Positions 19,459 to 30,289 of a stretch of 64,000 nucleotides of DNA are shown piece after piece. Below the pieces are notes generated by a model. It worked only from the letters and a program-made list of their open reading frames with translations. It was not told the origin of the DNA and did not search any database. Source of the stretch: a virus. A program made the translations under genes and the position numbers. Numbering within the stretch: position 1 is the stretch's first letter; every line of letters begins with the position of its first letter. The stretch lies in IMG/VR virus record IMGVR_UViG_3300046332_000238, positions 1 to 64,000 of that record; one strand, given 5' to 3'.

Positions 19459-21243
19459 ATGGAACATTTAGGTATCAAAATAGATTTAGATAGGGATAAA
19501 CTATTTGATGAATTGGGAATCAAACGATTAAAAGAATCATACATGAAAGATGATGAAACATCACCGCAAGAACGTTTTGCTTATGTTTCTCATGCTTTTG
19601 GTAGTAACCCGCAACATGCACAAAGACTTTATGAGTATTCAAGTAAACATTGGCTTAGTTACAGCACTCCTATTCTTAGTTTCGGTCGTGCTAAGCGTGG
19701 TTTACCTATTTCATGCTTTCTCAACTATATTGAAGATACCGCCGAGGGATTAGTTGATAATTTATCCGAAACTAATTGGCTTAGTATGTTTGGCGGTGGG
19801 GTTGGTATTGGATTTGGCATTCGTTCTGCTGATGATAAGTCTACTGGTGTTTTACCCCACCTCAAAATGTATGATGCTTCGTCGTTGGCTTATCGACAAG
19901 GGAGAACTCGTCGTGGTAGTTATGCTGCTTATCTCGACATTAGCCATCCTGATATTATTCCTTTCTTAGAGATGCGTAAGCCAACCGGAGACCCTAATGT
20001 TCGGTGTTTGAATTTACACCACGGCATTAACATCACCGATGACTTCATGCAGATCATTGAAAACTGTATGGTAAATCCTGATGCAAGTGATGATTGGCAA
20101 TTAATTGATCCAAAATCACAAGAGGTGCGTGAAGTTGTTTCTGCAAAACATTTGTGGCAAATGATTCTCGAATTGCGTATGATGACGGGTGAACCGTATG
20201 TACACTTTATTGATACAAGCAATCGTTTCTTACCACAACACTTAAAAGACCATGGATTAAAAGTTCATCAATCAAATCTGTGTTCTGAAATTATATTACC
20301 GACTAATGAACAAAGAACAGCAGTTTGTTGTTTATCTAGTTTGAATTTGGAGACTTATGATGAATGGAAAAATGAACCTTTATTCCTCAAAGATGTGGCA
20401 GAAATGTTGGATAATGTTCTCCAGTATTTTATTGATAATGCACCTGACAGTATTTCGAGAGCTAGATACTCCGCTAGTCGTGAGCGAAGCATTGGTATTG
20501 GCGCTCTCGGCTTTCATGCTTACTTACAACGTAATGGGATTGCTTTCGAAGGAGTCATGGCTAAAGTCACCAACAATCGTATATTCAAATCGATTCGTGA
20601 AGGACTAGATCGTGCAAACATCGAACTTGGCACAGAACGTGGTGAAGCTCCTGATGCAGTTGGTACTGGCCATCGTTTTAGCCACGTTATGGCTATTGCT
20701 CCCAATGCTTCATCATCAATTATTATGGGTAACACTTCTCCTTCCATTGAGCCTTACCGTGCTAATGCATACCGTCAAGATACTTTATCGGGAGCATTTC
20801 TCAATAAGAATAAATGGTTGGAAAAGTTACTGAAATCCAAAGTTCTACTTGAAGATGAATTGCCTGATATTTGGTCAAGTATTATTGCGAACGATGGTTC
20901 GGTACAACATCTAGCAATATTGACTGATGATGAAAAAGCAATCTTTAAAACATCAATGGAAATTGACCAACGATGGGTTATTGAACTTGCTGCTGATAGA
21001 CAAGTGTTCATCGATCAAGCACAATCATTGAATCTGTTCTTTAGACCAGATGCACACATTAAGTATGTACATGCTATGCACTTCATGGCATGGAAAAAAG
21101 GTTTGAAAACTTTATACTACTGCCGTTCAGAAAAGATTGGTAAAGCAGATAAAGTATCTAAAAAAATCGAGCGTCAAGTAATTAAAGAACTTGATATGTC
21201 ACAATTAGCACAGGGTAATGACTGTATTGCTTGCGAGGGGTAA
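19459..21243 (+). CDS. nrdA: Class I ribonucleotide reductase alpha subunit (no ATP cone)
   Basis: ISCF, SNLCSEI, APNASSS, KTLYY, C-terminal CIACEG. Confidence 0.95.
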   Translation: MEHLGIKIDLDRDKLFDELGIKRLKESYMKDDETSPQERFAYVSHAFGSNPQHAQRLYEYSSKHWLSYSTPILSFGRAKRGLPISCFLNYIEDTAEGLVDNLSETNWLSMFGGGVGIGFGIRSADDKSTGVLPHLKMYDASSLAYRQGRTRRGSYAAYLDISHPDIIPFLEMRKPTGDPNVRCLNLHHGINITDDFMQIIENCMVNPDASDDWQLIDPKSQEVREVVSAKHLWQMILELRMMTGEPYVHFIDTSNRFLPQHLKDHGLKVHQSNLCSEIILPTNEQRTAVCCLSSLNLETYDEWKNEPLFLKDVAEMLDNVLQYFIDNAPDSISRARYSASRERSIGIGALGFHAYLQRNGIAFEGVMAKVTNNRIFKSIREGLDRANIELGTERGEAPDAVGTGHRFSHVMAIAPNASSSIIMGNTSPSIEPYRANAYRQDTLSGAFLNKNKWLEKLLKSKVLLEDELPDIWSSIIANDGSVQHLAILTDDEKAIFKTSMEIDQRWVIELAADRQVFIDQAQSLNLFFRPDAHIKYVHAMHFMAWKKGLKTLYYCRSEKIGKADKVSKKIERQVIKELDMSQLAQGNDCIACEG

Positions 21244-21244
21244 A

Positions 21245-21490
21245 ATGAAAAGAGTATTAAGATTTACAGCTTCTTGGTGTTCACCGTGCAAAATGTTAGC
21301 ACTTCAATTAGAGGATATCGAAAACAAACCTCTAATTGAAGTTATTGATATTGATAGTGAATCAGAAGTTGCCATCGAATATGGTATCAGGGGTGTTCCC
21401 ACTTTGATTATGTTGGATGAAAATGGTGAAATTAAAAGAAAAACGGGAATGATGCAAAAAACAGAATTAGAGAGTTGGTTAAATGATTAA
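21245..21490 (+). CDS. Thioredoxin
   Basis: WCSPC active site, GVPT. Confidence 0.9.
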   Translation: MKRVLRFTASWCSPCKMLALQLEDIENKPLIEVIDIDSESEVAIEYGIRGVPTLIMLDENGEIKRKTGMMQKTELESWLND

Positions 21491-22469
21491 AAAAACAAAT
21501 TTAAATTTAACAGAAGAAAGAAATTCGTTTAAACCGTTCAACTATCCATGGGCATATAATGCATGGTTGAAACATGAACAGTCACATTGGTTACATACTG
21601 AAGTTCCAATGTCAGAAGATGTTCAGGATTGGAAGAAGAAATTAACAACTGAAGAAAAACAATTCTTAACCAACATCTTTAGATTTTTTACACAAGGAGA
21701 CATTGATGTTGCTGGTGGTTACGTTAACAATTATCTTCCTCATTTTCCTCAACCCGAAGTGAGAATGATGCTTCTCGGTTTTGCTGCTAGAGAAGCATTA
21801 CACATTGCTGCATATTCACATCTGATTGAAACCTTAGGTTTACCTGAGACTACATATAATCAGTTCTTAGAGTATGCAGAGATGAAAGAGAAACATGAAT
21901 ATGTATTAGGCATTTCAAACAATTCTGATAGTAAAGAGAACACCGCAGCAAACATTGCAGTATTCTCAGCATTTACTGAAGGTATGCAACTGTTTAGTTC
22001 ATTCATCATGTTACTTAACTTCCCCCGCCACGGTAAAATGAAGGGTATGGGTCAAATCGTTACATGGTCAATCGTTGATGAAACACAACACTGTGAATCG
22101 ATGATTAAATTGTTCAGAACATATATAGAAGAAAATAAAGAAATTTGGAATGATGAATTGAAGGGTAAGATTTATTCCATTGCAGAAAAGATGGTAGAGT
22201 TAGAAGATAAGTTTATTGATCTATCATTCAGTATGGGTGGGATGCAAGAACTATCATCAGAAGATGTGAAGTCATACATTCGTTATATTGCTGATAGACG
22301 TTTAATATCATTGGGTCTAAAAGGCATCTTTAAAGTGAAAAAGAATCCTCTGCCTTGGGTAGAAGAAATGATTAATGCACCAACACATACAAACTTTTTC
22401 GAAAATAGAGCAACCGATTATGCAAAGGGTGCTTTGTCTGGAGATTGGGGTGATGTTTGGGCTAACTAA
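21483..22469 (+). CDS. nrdB: Ribonucleotide reductase beta subunit
   Basis: EALHIAAYS, TEGMQLFSSF, DETQH, NFFE. Confidence 0.95.
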   Translation: MIKKTNLNLTEERNSFKPFNYPWAYNAWLKHEQSHWLHTEVPMSEDVQDWKKKLTTEEKQFLTNIFRFFTQGDIDVAGGYVNNYLPHFPQPEVRMMLLGFAAREALHIAAYSHLIETLGLPETTYNQFLEYAEMKEKHEYVLGISNNSDSKENTAANIAVFSAFTEGMQLFSSFIMLLNFPRHGKMKGMGQIVTWSIVDETQHCESMIKLFRTYIEENKEIWNDELKGKIYSIAEKMVELEDKFIDLSFSMGGMQELSSEDVKSYIRYIADRRLISLGLKGIFKVKKNPLPWVEEMINAPTHTNFFENRATDYAKGALSGDWGDVWAN

Positions 22470-22477
22470 GGAAATAT

Positions 22478-22678
22478 ATGACCGAAAAAATAATAACAGC
22501 AGAATGTAATAGCTGCGAATCTAGTTATGTTGTACAATATGTGGAGGAACTAGTGTCTGAACATTACCCTGAGCATTGCCCGTTTTGTGGTGAAGTCATT
22601 GAAGAATTAACTGAAGAATCAATGGATGAAGATGATGAAGAATTTGACGATGATGAACAAACTAAATGGGACAACTAA
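22478..22678 (+). CDS. Small zinc-ribbon protein with acidic tail
   Basis: CNSC and CPFCG. Confidence 0.65.
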   Translation: MTEKIITAECNSCESSYVVQYVEELVSEHYPEHCPFCGEVIEELTEESMDEDDEEFDDDEQTKWDN

Positions 22679-23082
22679 ACTGGTTACACAACGGTATAGA
22701 GTTTGTCGATGAGTTGATTGGTGATAACTACGGTTTTGTATATGTTATCACCAATCTAACTAACAATAGAAAATACATCGGCAAGAAATTCTTTTACTCG
22801 TCAAAGACAAAACAAGTCAAGGGCAAGAAGAAACGTTATAAGGCATCATCTGATTGGAAAACATATTACGGTAGTAGTGATAGTTTAAAACAAGATGTTG
22901 CATTACACGGACAAGATAACTTTAAAAGAGAAATCATTCACCTATGCAAAACAAAAGGCATATGTGGTTATCTTGAAGCCAAAGAGCAATTTATTAATAA
23001 CGTTTTAGAGAGTGATGATTATTACAATACATGGATCATGTGTAGAGTAAGGAATTCACACATTAGGGATTTGAATGCTTAG
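22666..23082 (+). CDS. Short GIY-YIG nuclease-domain protein
   Basis: GFVYVITN...KYIGKK; no C-terminal DNA-binding repeats. Confidence 0.75.
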   Translation: MGQLNWLHNGIEFVDELIGDNYGFVYVITNLTNNRKYIGKKFFYSSKTKQVKGKKKRYKASSDWKTYYGSSDSLKQDVALHGQDNFKREIIHLCKTKGICGYLEAKEQFINNVLESDDYYNTWIMCRVRNSHIRDLNA

Positions 23083-23416
23083 TTTTCTGAATAGTGTGAA
23101 AGAGTTTGATGCACTAATGTTTTTACCTGATGACGAAGAAGATACAGTCAGGTTTGAAGTATGTACATATAAAGATGCAGGAGAACCTGTTGGTGGTAGT
23201 GAGATGGGTTTAGAATACCATATTGTGTTATTTAAAGTTAAAGATGGTAATGCATATGGGTTTGATTCCTATGATGCAATCCTGGTAGAACCTAGGACTT
23301 ATATTGCCATGTTGATTCCTCAGGACTTTTATGGTCTGGTTGCTCGAAAAACAACAACCTCCATCAATTTAGTGAATACCATGAAAGAAACAATTGACAA
23401 CACAGATTTTTCATGA
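23075..23416 (+). CDS. Hypothetical protein
   Basis: ORF overlapping upstream gene end. Confidence 0.55.
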   Translation: MLSFLNSVKEFDALMFLPDDEEDTVRFEVCTYKDAGEPVGGSEMGLEYHIVLFKVKDGNAYGFDSYDAILVEPRTYIAMLIPQDFYGLVARKTTTSINLVNTMKETIDNTDFS

Positions 23417-23452
23417 TACTATGGTGTTTTTGAAACTAAATGAAAGTTTGTT

Positions 23453-24313
23453 ATGATTCTCGTTGACCTAAATCAAGTATTGCTTTCTGGACTGATGGCA
23501 CAAATCTCAGGTCAAAAAGGTGTTAAGTTGGAAGAAGGATTGATTCGCCATATGATCCTAAACATCATCAGGACTCACCTGAAGAACTTCCGTAAAGACT
23601 ATGGCGAAGTCGTGTTGTGTTCTGACAACCGTAAATACTGGCGTAAGGAGTTCTTTCCTTTCTATAAAGCTGGTCGCAAAAAATCTCGTGAAAAATCTGA
23701 CCTGGATTGGCATCTTATCTTTGATATGTTGGCCAAGTTTAAGGTTGAACTGAAAGAAAACTTCCCATACAAGGTAATTGATGTAGAAGGCGCAGAGGCA
23801 GATGATATCATCGGTACTTTGGTTCCTCGTCACATCATGCATGAAGATGTACTAATCATTTCCAGTGATGGTGACTTTTTACAACTACAACAATACAATG
23901 GTCGTAGTCAGTACAAAGTTAAACAATATAATCCAGCACAAAAGAAATTTCTTGTGTCTGAAAATCCATTGATTGAACTGAAAGAGAAAATTATCAAAGG
24001 TGATAAGGGTGATGGTATTCCAAACATCATGTCTCCTAGTGATTGTTTCGTTCGTGATCTGCGCCAAACACCTGTTACTAAAGGTAAGTTGGAGAAGTTC
24101 ATGAAAGAAGATAACAATGAATATGACGATACTGCAAAAACTGGTTATTCACGCAATAGTGTATTGATCGACTTGCGGAACATTCCAGCTGATATTCAAA
24201 CTGGAATTATAAATAGTTATGAAGAAACTAAACCAGTATCAAAACAAAAGATTCTGGACTATTTCATTGCACATAAAATGAAAAATTTAATTGATGTTAT
24301 TGAGGAATTTTAA
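23453..24313 (+). CDS. rnh: T4-type RNase H / 5'-3' exonuclease
   Basis: YWRKEFFPFYKAGR, EADDIIG, SSDGDFLQL, GDKGDGIPN. Confidence 0.93.
   Translation: MILVDLNQVLLSGLMAQISGQKGVKLEEGLIRHMILNIIRTHLKNFRKDYGEVVLCSDNRKYWRKEFFPFYKAGRKKSREKSDLDWHLIFDMLAKFKVELKENFPYKVIDVEGAEADDIIGTLVPRHIMHEDVLIISSDGDFLQLQQYNGRSQYKVKQYNPAQKKFLVSENPLIELKEKIIKGDKGDGIPNIMSPSDCFVRDLRQTPVTKGKLEKFMKEDNNEYDDTAKTGYSRNSVLIDLRNIPADIQTGIINSYEETKPVSKQKILDYFIAHKMKNLIDVIEEF
24208..24215 (+). promoter_or_regulatory. T4-type late promoter inside rnh 3' end
   Basis: TATAAATA about 100 nt upstream of next ORF. Confidence 0.5.
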
Positions 24314-24738
24314 TGAAAAACGTATATGAAATTTTTGATGATTTTGAAGAAGCCAAAAACAAAAAAGAACGAATGGCAGTGATTGAAAAAAATCTATCTG
24401 CAACATTGGTTAAAGTTTTGGAACTCACCTTTCATCCGAAATATCAATGGAAAGTAAAAGAACTACCTGAGAACTATAAGTTACCCACTGATATGTTGCC
24501 AGGTATCACACATGACAATCTGAATTCACAATTGCGTAGATTGTATATGTTTGTAGAAGGCGATGCAACAGCAGAAAGTCTATCACCTCGTCGCCAAGAA
24601 GAAATTCTATTGCAGATTTTGGAATCTATTGAACCTCGTGAAGCAGAAGTTATTCTAGGCATCTTCCAAAAAGATTTGGGAGTAAAAGGTCTAGATTATA
24701 AGTTCGTCAAAGAGGCATTCCCTAATCTTATCCCATGA
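24313..24738 (+). CDS. T4-like phage hypothetical protein (DUF6433-like)
   Basis: RRQEEILLQILESIEPREAE...VKEAFP. Confidence 0.6.
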   Translation: MKNVYEIFDDFEEAKNKKERMAVIEKNLSATLVKVLELTFHPKYQWKVKELPENYKLPTDMLPGITHDNLNSQLRRLYMFVEGDATAESLSPRRQEEILLQILESIEPREAEVILGIFQKDLGVKGLDYKFVKEAFPNLIP

Positions 24739-25106
24739 TTAAAAAAGAACGGATCATTATCACTTCTGGTGAGTTTGATCCCTTTACACCTAACGACTTA
24801 AAGTTCCTCAAATATTGCAAATCTAAAGGCGATTGGCTAATCGTTGGCCTTCACACAGATATGTTTTTGGAACTTTGTCGTGGTGGTCACACTTACGATT
24901 ATGAAGATAGAAAAGAGATTGTAAAAAGATTAGGAATTGCAGATGAGATATTTGCGTTCAGTGATGGTGATGGCACCGTCTGTAACTTATTGAAGTTAGT
25001 AAAGTATTGCTACCCAATGTCGGAATTAACTTATATTACTGATATTGATATGCATAATATGCCAGAGATGAAAATCCGAGGTATCACATTTGAGACATTA
25101 AAATAG
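24735..25106 (+). CDS. Degenerate cytidylyltransferase-like protein (TagD/RfaE-C fold)
   Basis: SGEFDP..GDWLIVGLHTD; canonical HxGH replaced by TPND. Confidence 0.6.
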   Translation: MIKKERIIITSGEFDPFTPNDLKFLKYCKSKGDWLIVGLHTDMFLELCRGGHTYDYEDRKEIVKRLGIADEIFAFSDGDGTVCNLLKLVKYCYPMSELTYITDIDMHNMPEMKIRGITFETLK

Positions 25107-25377
25107 GAGCTATAAAGTGTCGAAATACGGAAGTCAGTCTCACAAAATTAGAGACTACAACGAAGATGATTATGATTACGAGTACGTTACTAAGAAGAAA
25201 CGTAAGTTAGAGAATGAAGAAGTGAAAAAGTCCAAAAAATATAGTAGGGAAGAAGTAGATTATTACGATCCTGCATATGTCAAAGAAAGTCGCCGTAAAA
25301 TGCGCTAAATCCATACTGTTGTAAAAAAACAACACTGGAGTTGACAATTATCCTGACTATGTTATAATGGTCACACT

Positions 25378-25713
25378 ATGATAATATATACAAACTCCAG
25401 AAGTTCCAAGAAAAAGAAGAAACCCAATGCAAAACAGAGGGAATTAGACGATTCTTGGAATAAACTAATGAAGAAATATCCCGAAAAGACCTTGAAAGTT
25501 AAGGCTCCCAAGGTATATTCCATTGCAATCCCTCCAGGTCGAGAAACCGTTAAATATCCTAGTCTAAACAGCAATTATCACGATTGTTCTAAAAAACCTA
25601 CGCCTGTATATACAGGAACTAAGGTCAAGGGCATTGGTACTATGCATAAATCAAACGCTGTTCCTATCTTTTCTGATGAGGAAGCAGTGGATATCGCAAC
25701 AATGAGGAGATAA
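25378..25713 (+). CDS. Basic hypothetical protein
   Basis: YTGTKVKGIGTMHKSNAVPIF; own upstream promoter. Confidence 0.65.
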   Translation: MIIYTNSRSSKKKKKPNAKQRELDDSWNKLMKKYPEKTLKVKAPKVYSIAIPPGRETVKYPSLNSNYHDCSKKPTPVYTGTKVKGIGTMHKSNAVPIFSDEEAVDIATMRR

Positions 25714-25715
25714 CA

Positions 25716-25853
25716 ATGAAGAAATCAAAATTTGTAGTAGAACTAAAGCGTCCGGTGTGTCGAACACCGATCAAACCAGTGACAAAACACAAAAATGTCG
25801 CCGGATATCTAAGGAAAAGCAAGCATCCACTGAAAGTGTCGGAAAATGACTAA
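25716..25853 (+). CDS. Small basic protein, 45 aa (not in ORF track)
   Basis: GAGGAG RBS; MKKSKFVVELKRPVCRTPIKPVTKHKNVAGYLRKSKHPLKVSEND. Confidence 0.55.
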   Translation: MKKSKFVVELKRPVCRTPIKPVTKHKNVAGYLRKSKHPLKVSEND

Positions 25854-26005
25854 CGAAACAATGAAAATGTCGCAAAATAACTTACCTGACCTGTTTAAAG
25901 ACAGTTCCGATTCACTTAAAGAGTTGGAACTGATTAACCGAAAGTGGGTTACTATGTCTTTACATGAAAAAGATCAAGATTGGTATAAAAAACTCAAAGA
26001 AAGTT

Positions 26006-26179
26006 ATGAATAAACACTTTTACAGCGAAGTTAAAGAAGTTGGTGATGGAACCGGCGACGTTTCCATTGAATTACCCGAAGAACTGCTGAATGAATTAGG
26101 TTGGGAAGAAGGAACTGTACTAAATTACAAGATTGAAGATGGTTTTGTTACTCTAACCGCAAAAAAAGACAATATATAA
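26006..26179 (+). CDS. AbrB/MazE-like DNA-binding domain protein
   Basis: IELPEELLNELGWEEGTVL pattern. Confidence 0.65.
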   Translation: MNKHFYSEVKEVGDGTGDVSIELPEELLNELGWEEGTVLNYKIEDGFVTLTAKKDNI

Positions 26180-28332
26180 TGCAATTAATTGATTCTAAGT
26201 CCATTCTCGCCAAACTCATGGCGACAGAAAATCTTACCGTCGAACAACGACCAGTAACGACTGCATGTTTTGATGTTAAAAATCGTGTGCTTACTGTTCC
26301 TGTTCTAGATAAAAACATTTCAAGTCAACTTTATGACCTATTCATGGGACATGAGGTTGGCCATGCTTTGTACACACCTCTGGAAAGTATGATGAAGGCA
26401 AGAGCTGACAAAGTAAATATGTCGGTGCTGAATGTCGTGGAAGATTCCCGTATCGAACGTAAAATTAAAAATCGATATCCTGGACTTAGGAATTCATTCG
26501 TTCGTGCATATACCGAACTGATTGAAAAAGATTTCTTTGAAACTGAAGGTAAAGATTGTAATGCAATGAATTTCATTGACCGTATTAATCTCCACTGTAA
26601 AGGTGGTGCAGGCCTGCGTATTCAATTTAATGAAGAAGAACGTGAACTACTTGATGAAGTCGAAACTACTGAAACTTATGATGAGGTAATTGACCTTACT
26701 AATCGCATTTGTGAGTACATGAAGAAACAACAAGAGGAAGAACAGGAAAAAAAGAAGGAACAGAAACAAAAACAGAAGCAAGAACAGGAAGAAGAACAAG
26801 AACAGGAAGAGGACGAAGAAGAAAAAGATGAACCTCAACCGAGTCCAAGTGGTGATGTTGGTGAAGATGAAGAACCAGAAGAAAATGATTCTGAAGATGA
26901 ACCTGAACCACAATCTGATGATGATGATGATGAAGAACCAGAACCTGTTCCCGAAGAAATTCGTTCATACACCGATGATGCATTCCACAAGAATGAAAGT
27001 CAGTTGTATGAAGAACGTCCTGGTGAATATGGTTATGCAAATGTACCAAAAGTGGATATCACCAAAGTAATCTATGACCACAAAGATTTGTGGAAACGGT
27101 ATAAAACAGAAGGACATAATACATCACATGATGAATATCTCCGTCTGAAAAAAGAAAGTAACAAAGTCGTTTCTTACCTTGTCAAAGAATTTGAACTCCG
27201 CAAAAATGCAGATCAAATGAAACGATCCACTGTTGCCAAAACTGGTGACCTGAATATGTCTAAGATTTTCTCTTATCAATTCAGTGAAGATATCTTTAAA
27301 AAGGTTTCTGTCGTTCCTGGTGGTAAGTCACATGGTCTTGTTATGTTTCTTGATTGGTCTGGTTCGATGTGTGACCATTTGAGTAACACTGTGAAACAAC
27401 TAATCAATTTGGTTATGTTTTGCAAGAAGGTTAACATTCCATATGAAGTATATTCGATTGTAGATGCAGCTGACATGTCGCTCGATTATACGCCAGTACC
27501 AAAAACTGGTGATCTGAAAATGCTGGGTTTCTCTTTGATGAATATTCTATCCAGTAGAATGTCTGTCGCTGAATACACTTATGCGGCATCAGCATTAGTA
27601 CAAATGGCAGGTATCGGTTCAAACCGTCGTAATGGTTATGTTCCTCAATGGATGCAACTGAAAGGTACTCCATTAAACGAAGCAATCATTGCTGCAATGG
27701 AAATCGTTCCACACTTCCAGAAGATTAACAAACTGCAAGTAGTCAACACTGTATTCCTTACCGATGGTGAAGGTCGTACATTGGTGCATGTTTATGATGA
27801 CCGTAAAATGTATCCATATGAAACCGGCAAATATGCAGGTATTCTTTGTGCGCCAGATATTACTGCTGGTGGTAAAACACATGTTGTGATTCGTGACACG
27901 GTCAGTAAACACCAAGAGGTTGTGGATGTTACTCGTGCCGCAGGTGGTAGAGGTAACTTTGTCAAAGAACAAACATCAGCATTGATTAAGTTACTGAAGG
28001 CAAGAACCAAATGTAATATCATTGGGTTTTATATTATCTCCGGCAGAGACTTCAACAAAAAGGTATATGATTTCTTTCCAAATACACCAGTTGAAAAAAT
28101 GGAAGTTATTAAAGATAAGTTCAAAAAGGAACGATACACTATTCAAACCAATGCAGGTTTTGATGAGTATTATATCCTAAGATCAAATGCACTAGATACA
28201 GATGAAGAAGCAACACTTAATGTGAGAGACAATCCAACTACTCGTGGTCTTGTAAATGCTTTTTCGAAATATACAAGTAATCGTATAACAAACCGAGTAG
28301 TCTTGAATCGTTTTATTGGATTAATTGCTTAA
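26179..28332 (+). CDS. Metallopeptidase-like plus VWA domain protein (CobT-like partner of MoxR ATPase)
   Basis: HEVGH, NVVEDSRIE, acidic linker, MIDAS DWSGSM, GTPLNEA, LTDGE. Confidence 0.8.
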   Translation: MQLIDSKSILAKLMATENLTVEQRPVTTACFDVKNRVLTVPVLDKNISSQLYDLFMGHEVGHALYTPLESMMKARADKVNMSVLNVVEDSRIERKIKNRYPGLRNSFVRAYTELIEKDFFETEGKDCNAMNFIDRINLHCKGGAGLRIQFNEEERELLDEVETTETYDEVIDLTNRICEYMKKQQEEEQEKKKEQKQKQKQEQEEEQEQEEDEEEKDEPQPSPSGDVGEDEEPEENDSEDEPEPQSDDDDDEEPEPVPEEIRSYTDDAFHKNESQLYEERPGEYGYANVPKVDITKVIYDHKDLWKRYKTEGHNTSHDEYLRLKKESNKVVSYLVKEFELRKNADQMKRSTVAKTGDLNMSKIFSYQFSEDIFKKVSVVPGGKSHGLVMFLDWSGSMCDHLSNTVKQLINLVMFCKKVNIPYEVYSIVDAADMSLDYTPVPKTGDLKMLGFSLMNILSSRMSVAEYTYAASALVQMAGIGSNRRNGYVPQWMQLKGTPLNEAIIAAMEIVPHFQKINKLQVVNTVFLTDGEGRTLVHVYDDRKMYPYETGKYAGILCAPDITAGGKTHVVIRDTVSKHQEVVDVTRAAGGRGNFVKEQTSALIKLLKARTKCNIIGFYIISGRDFNKKVYDFFPNTPVEKMEVIKDKFKKERYTIQTNAGFDEYYILRSNALDTDEEATLNVRDNPTTRGLVNAFSKYTSNRITNRVVLNRFIGLIA

Positions 28333-28341
28333 GGAGTCTTT

Positions 28342-28545
28342 ATGTTAATTTCAGAATATTATAATGATGGTCGTAGTGCCACAGTAACAAGAGTTGAAAC
28401 TGGTGGTGGTACATATTGGGCTGTGGAACTATTTCTTGATGATAAGTTTTTTAATAAAAGTGTGGCACACAATGTGGAACACGCCGAAGATATTGCAGAA
28501 GATTTTGTCAACCAAACCGGTAGTCCGAGTTTTCTGAGCGAATGA
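28342..28545 (+). CDS. Hypothetical protein
   Basis: AAGGAG RBS; AEDIAEDFV. Confidence 0.55.
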   Translation: MLISEYYNDGRSATVTRVETGGGTYWAVELFLDDKFFNKSVAHNVEHAEDIAEDFVNQTGSPSFLSE

Positions 28546-28829
28546 TGATGAACGACCAGATAGAGGAAATTCTTCATATTACACAAGAGGAATGTGCTGA
28601 AGTGGTACAGGCCATTTCCAAGGTTTTTCGATTTGATTTTGATAATAGAAATCCTGTAAATACTCAAAAGACAAATAGAGAACACCTGGAGGAAGAAATA
28701 GGAGACCTCCTCTGTATGGTTGACATTCTCATGGAGAAGTGTATAATATCTGATAGTAACGTGAATAAAGCAAGACATGCAAAACGAGACAAGTTGAAAC
28801 GCTGGTCCAATATCAAGGATTTAAAATGA
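28542..28829 (+). CDS. MazG-like nucleotide pyrophosphohydrolase
   Basis: QEECAEVVQAISK...EEEIGDL. Confidence 0.8.
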   Translation: MMMNDQIEEILHITQEECAEVVQAISKVFRFDFDNRNPVNTQKTNREHLEEEIGDLLCMVDILMEKCIISDSNVNKARHAKRDKLKRWSNIKDLK

Positions 28830-29864
28830 CACCTAGAGAATTTTGTTTTTGGTTGCAAGGACACCTTTCAACAGGAAATATTGCTACGCCGGTTGTAAGA
28901 GAAAAACTATCCAAAGTTGACATGGATCTTCCTCCGGTTTTCCCCAGTTTTCCTACACCATTCATACCAACACAAGATGTATTTAAGAACTGTTCTAAGT
29001 GTGGGTTATCATTGAGTGGTATCATGAGTTATTCATGTTCACAACCAAATTGTCCAACCGGACTTGGTTCACCAATGTGTTGATATGACAAAACGATACT
29101 CCGCAGTATATGACGCTTACTATGATGACGAATCTCTCTTATGGTTGGAAGAAGTCTGTGGAGATAATCGATGTAGTTATTGTTCCGAACGACCAGAGCG
29201 CCCCGAAAAATCCGATCTTGATGATGTAGTTACTTGTGAAGTACCAAAATAATGTCCAGCTTTCATCTATTTGATATCTCGTTATACCAACTGAACCTTT
29301 TCTCGTTCATGTTGGGAATGACTTACACCGTCTGTGGTAGTTTATATCAACGATCTTCAACCAGAACTGTTATCGGTTATTGGATGCTCTTGGGTGCCTA
29401 TTACGCCTTCTTATATTATTCTACACAACCAAAATGAACTTTATACCACTATCTCCTCAATCAATGACAAAAGAAGAATTTATGATTGCATGGGTTTTGG
29501 CTCGTGCTGCCTTTAAAGAAAATTTGGAGGGTATTAACGCTGTTAGAACTGCCGCTGATGTTTATGATGCAATCCAACAACTTAAAGTGAAATGATACCC
29601 GTTTTTATTATTGCTGGTAACCTGCGTGAGTTTGAAGAATTCACTAATAGAAAATACAAAGAACATCCTCCTACAGAACCGTTCCCAAAGTATGTCTATG
29701 TGACCACTGTTGATACACTAAGGGGTTTCCACAATCCACACGGTTTGTTTATTGGTTCATATAAGAGTAGGGGAGATATCCGCGATATTGTTTATCAGAT
29801 TGCAACTAGTTCAATGAATCCAATACCGGATATTATTGTACAATTATGGAATGAAGTGAGATGA
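28826..29864 (+). CDS. Run of about five small coupled hypothetical ORFs
   Basis: Overlapping start/stop codons; two are Cys-rich. Confidence 0.5.
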
Positions 29865-30289
29865 AAACTATCATTGCCGGTTCCCGAGACTTTACCAATT
29901 GGTCTTATGTCAGTGCTCATCTAAACATCATCATACCACCATGGGAAGAAATCACTGAGGTTGTATCTGGTGGTGCCACTGGGGTTGATGCGCTTGGTGA
30001 ACGATATGCAAAGAAATATAATATTCCTGTGCGGGTTTTCCCCGCTGATTGGGATACTCACAAGGCCGCTGCGGGTCCAATACGGAACAGAGAGATGGCA
30101 GAGTACGCAGATGGATTGATCGCTTTCTGGGATGGTCAATCAAAAGGTACTAAGAATATGATAGAAACTATGGAGAAGAAATCAAAGTGGATCGTAGTAA
30201 TCCGCACTGATATTAAATGGGAGAAAGAGATGGTGAATGGTGTGCCAAAGTTGAATAATGCATTTGGACGATTCGGGGTGTTGGTATGA
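29861..30289 (+). CDS. YspA/SLOG-family (DUF2493-like) protein
   Basis: IIAGSRDF, VVSGGATGVD, AGPIRNREM, FWDGQSKGT. Confidence 0.85.
   Translation: MKTIIAGSRDFTNWSYVSAHLNIIIPPWEEITEVVSGGATGVDALGERYAKKYNIPVRVFPADWDTHKAAAGPIRNREMAEYADGLIAFWDGQSKGTKNMIETMEKKSKWIVVIRTDIKWEKEMVNGVPKLNNAFGRFGVLV

Noticed and set aside
17415-22469. Introns or inteins in primase, thyX, nrdA or nrdB
   Set aside because: Frames are continuous and of ordinary length.
22666-23082. Second mobile homing endonuclease
   Set aside because: Short, co-oriented, coupled to neighbours and lacking DNA-binding repeats; more likely a resident nuclease.
26750-26950. Low-complexity GAA/GAT tract as a repeat element
   Set aside because: Encodes the acidic linker of the VWA protein.
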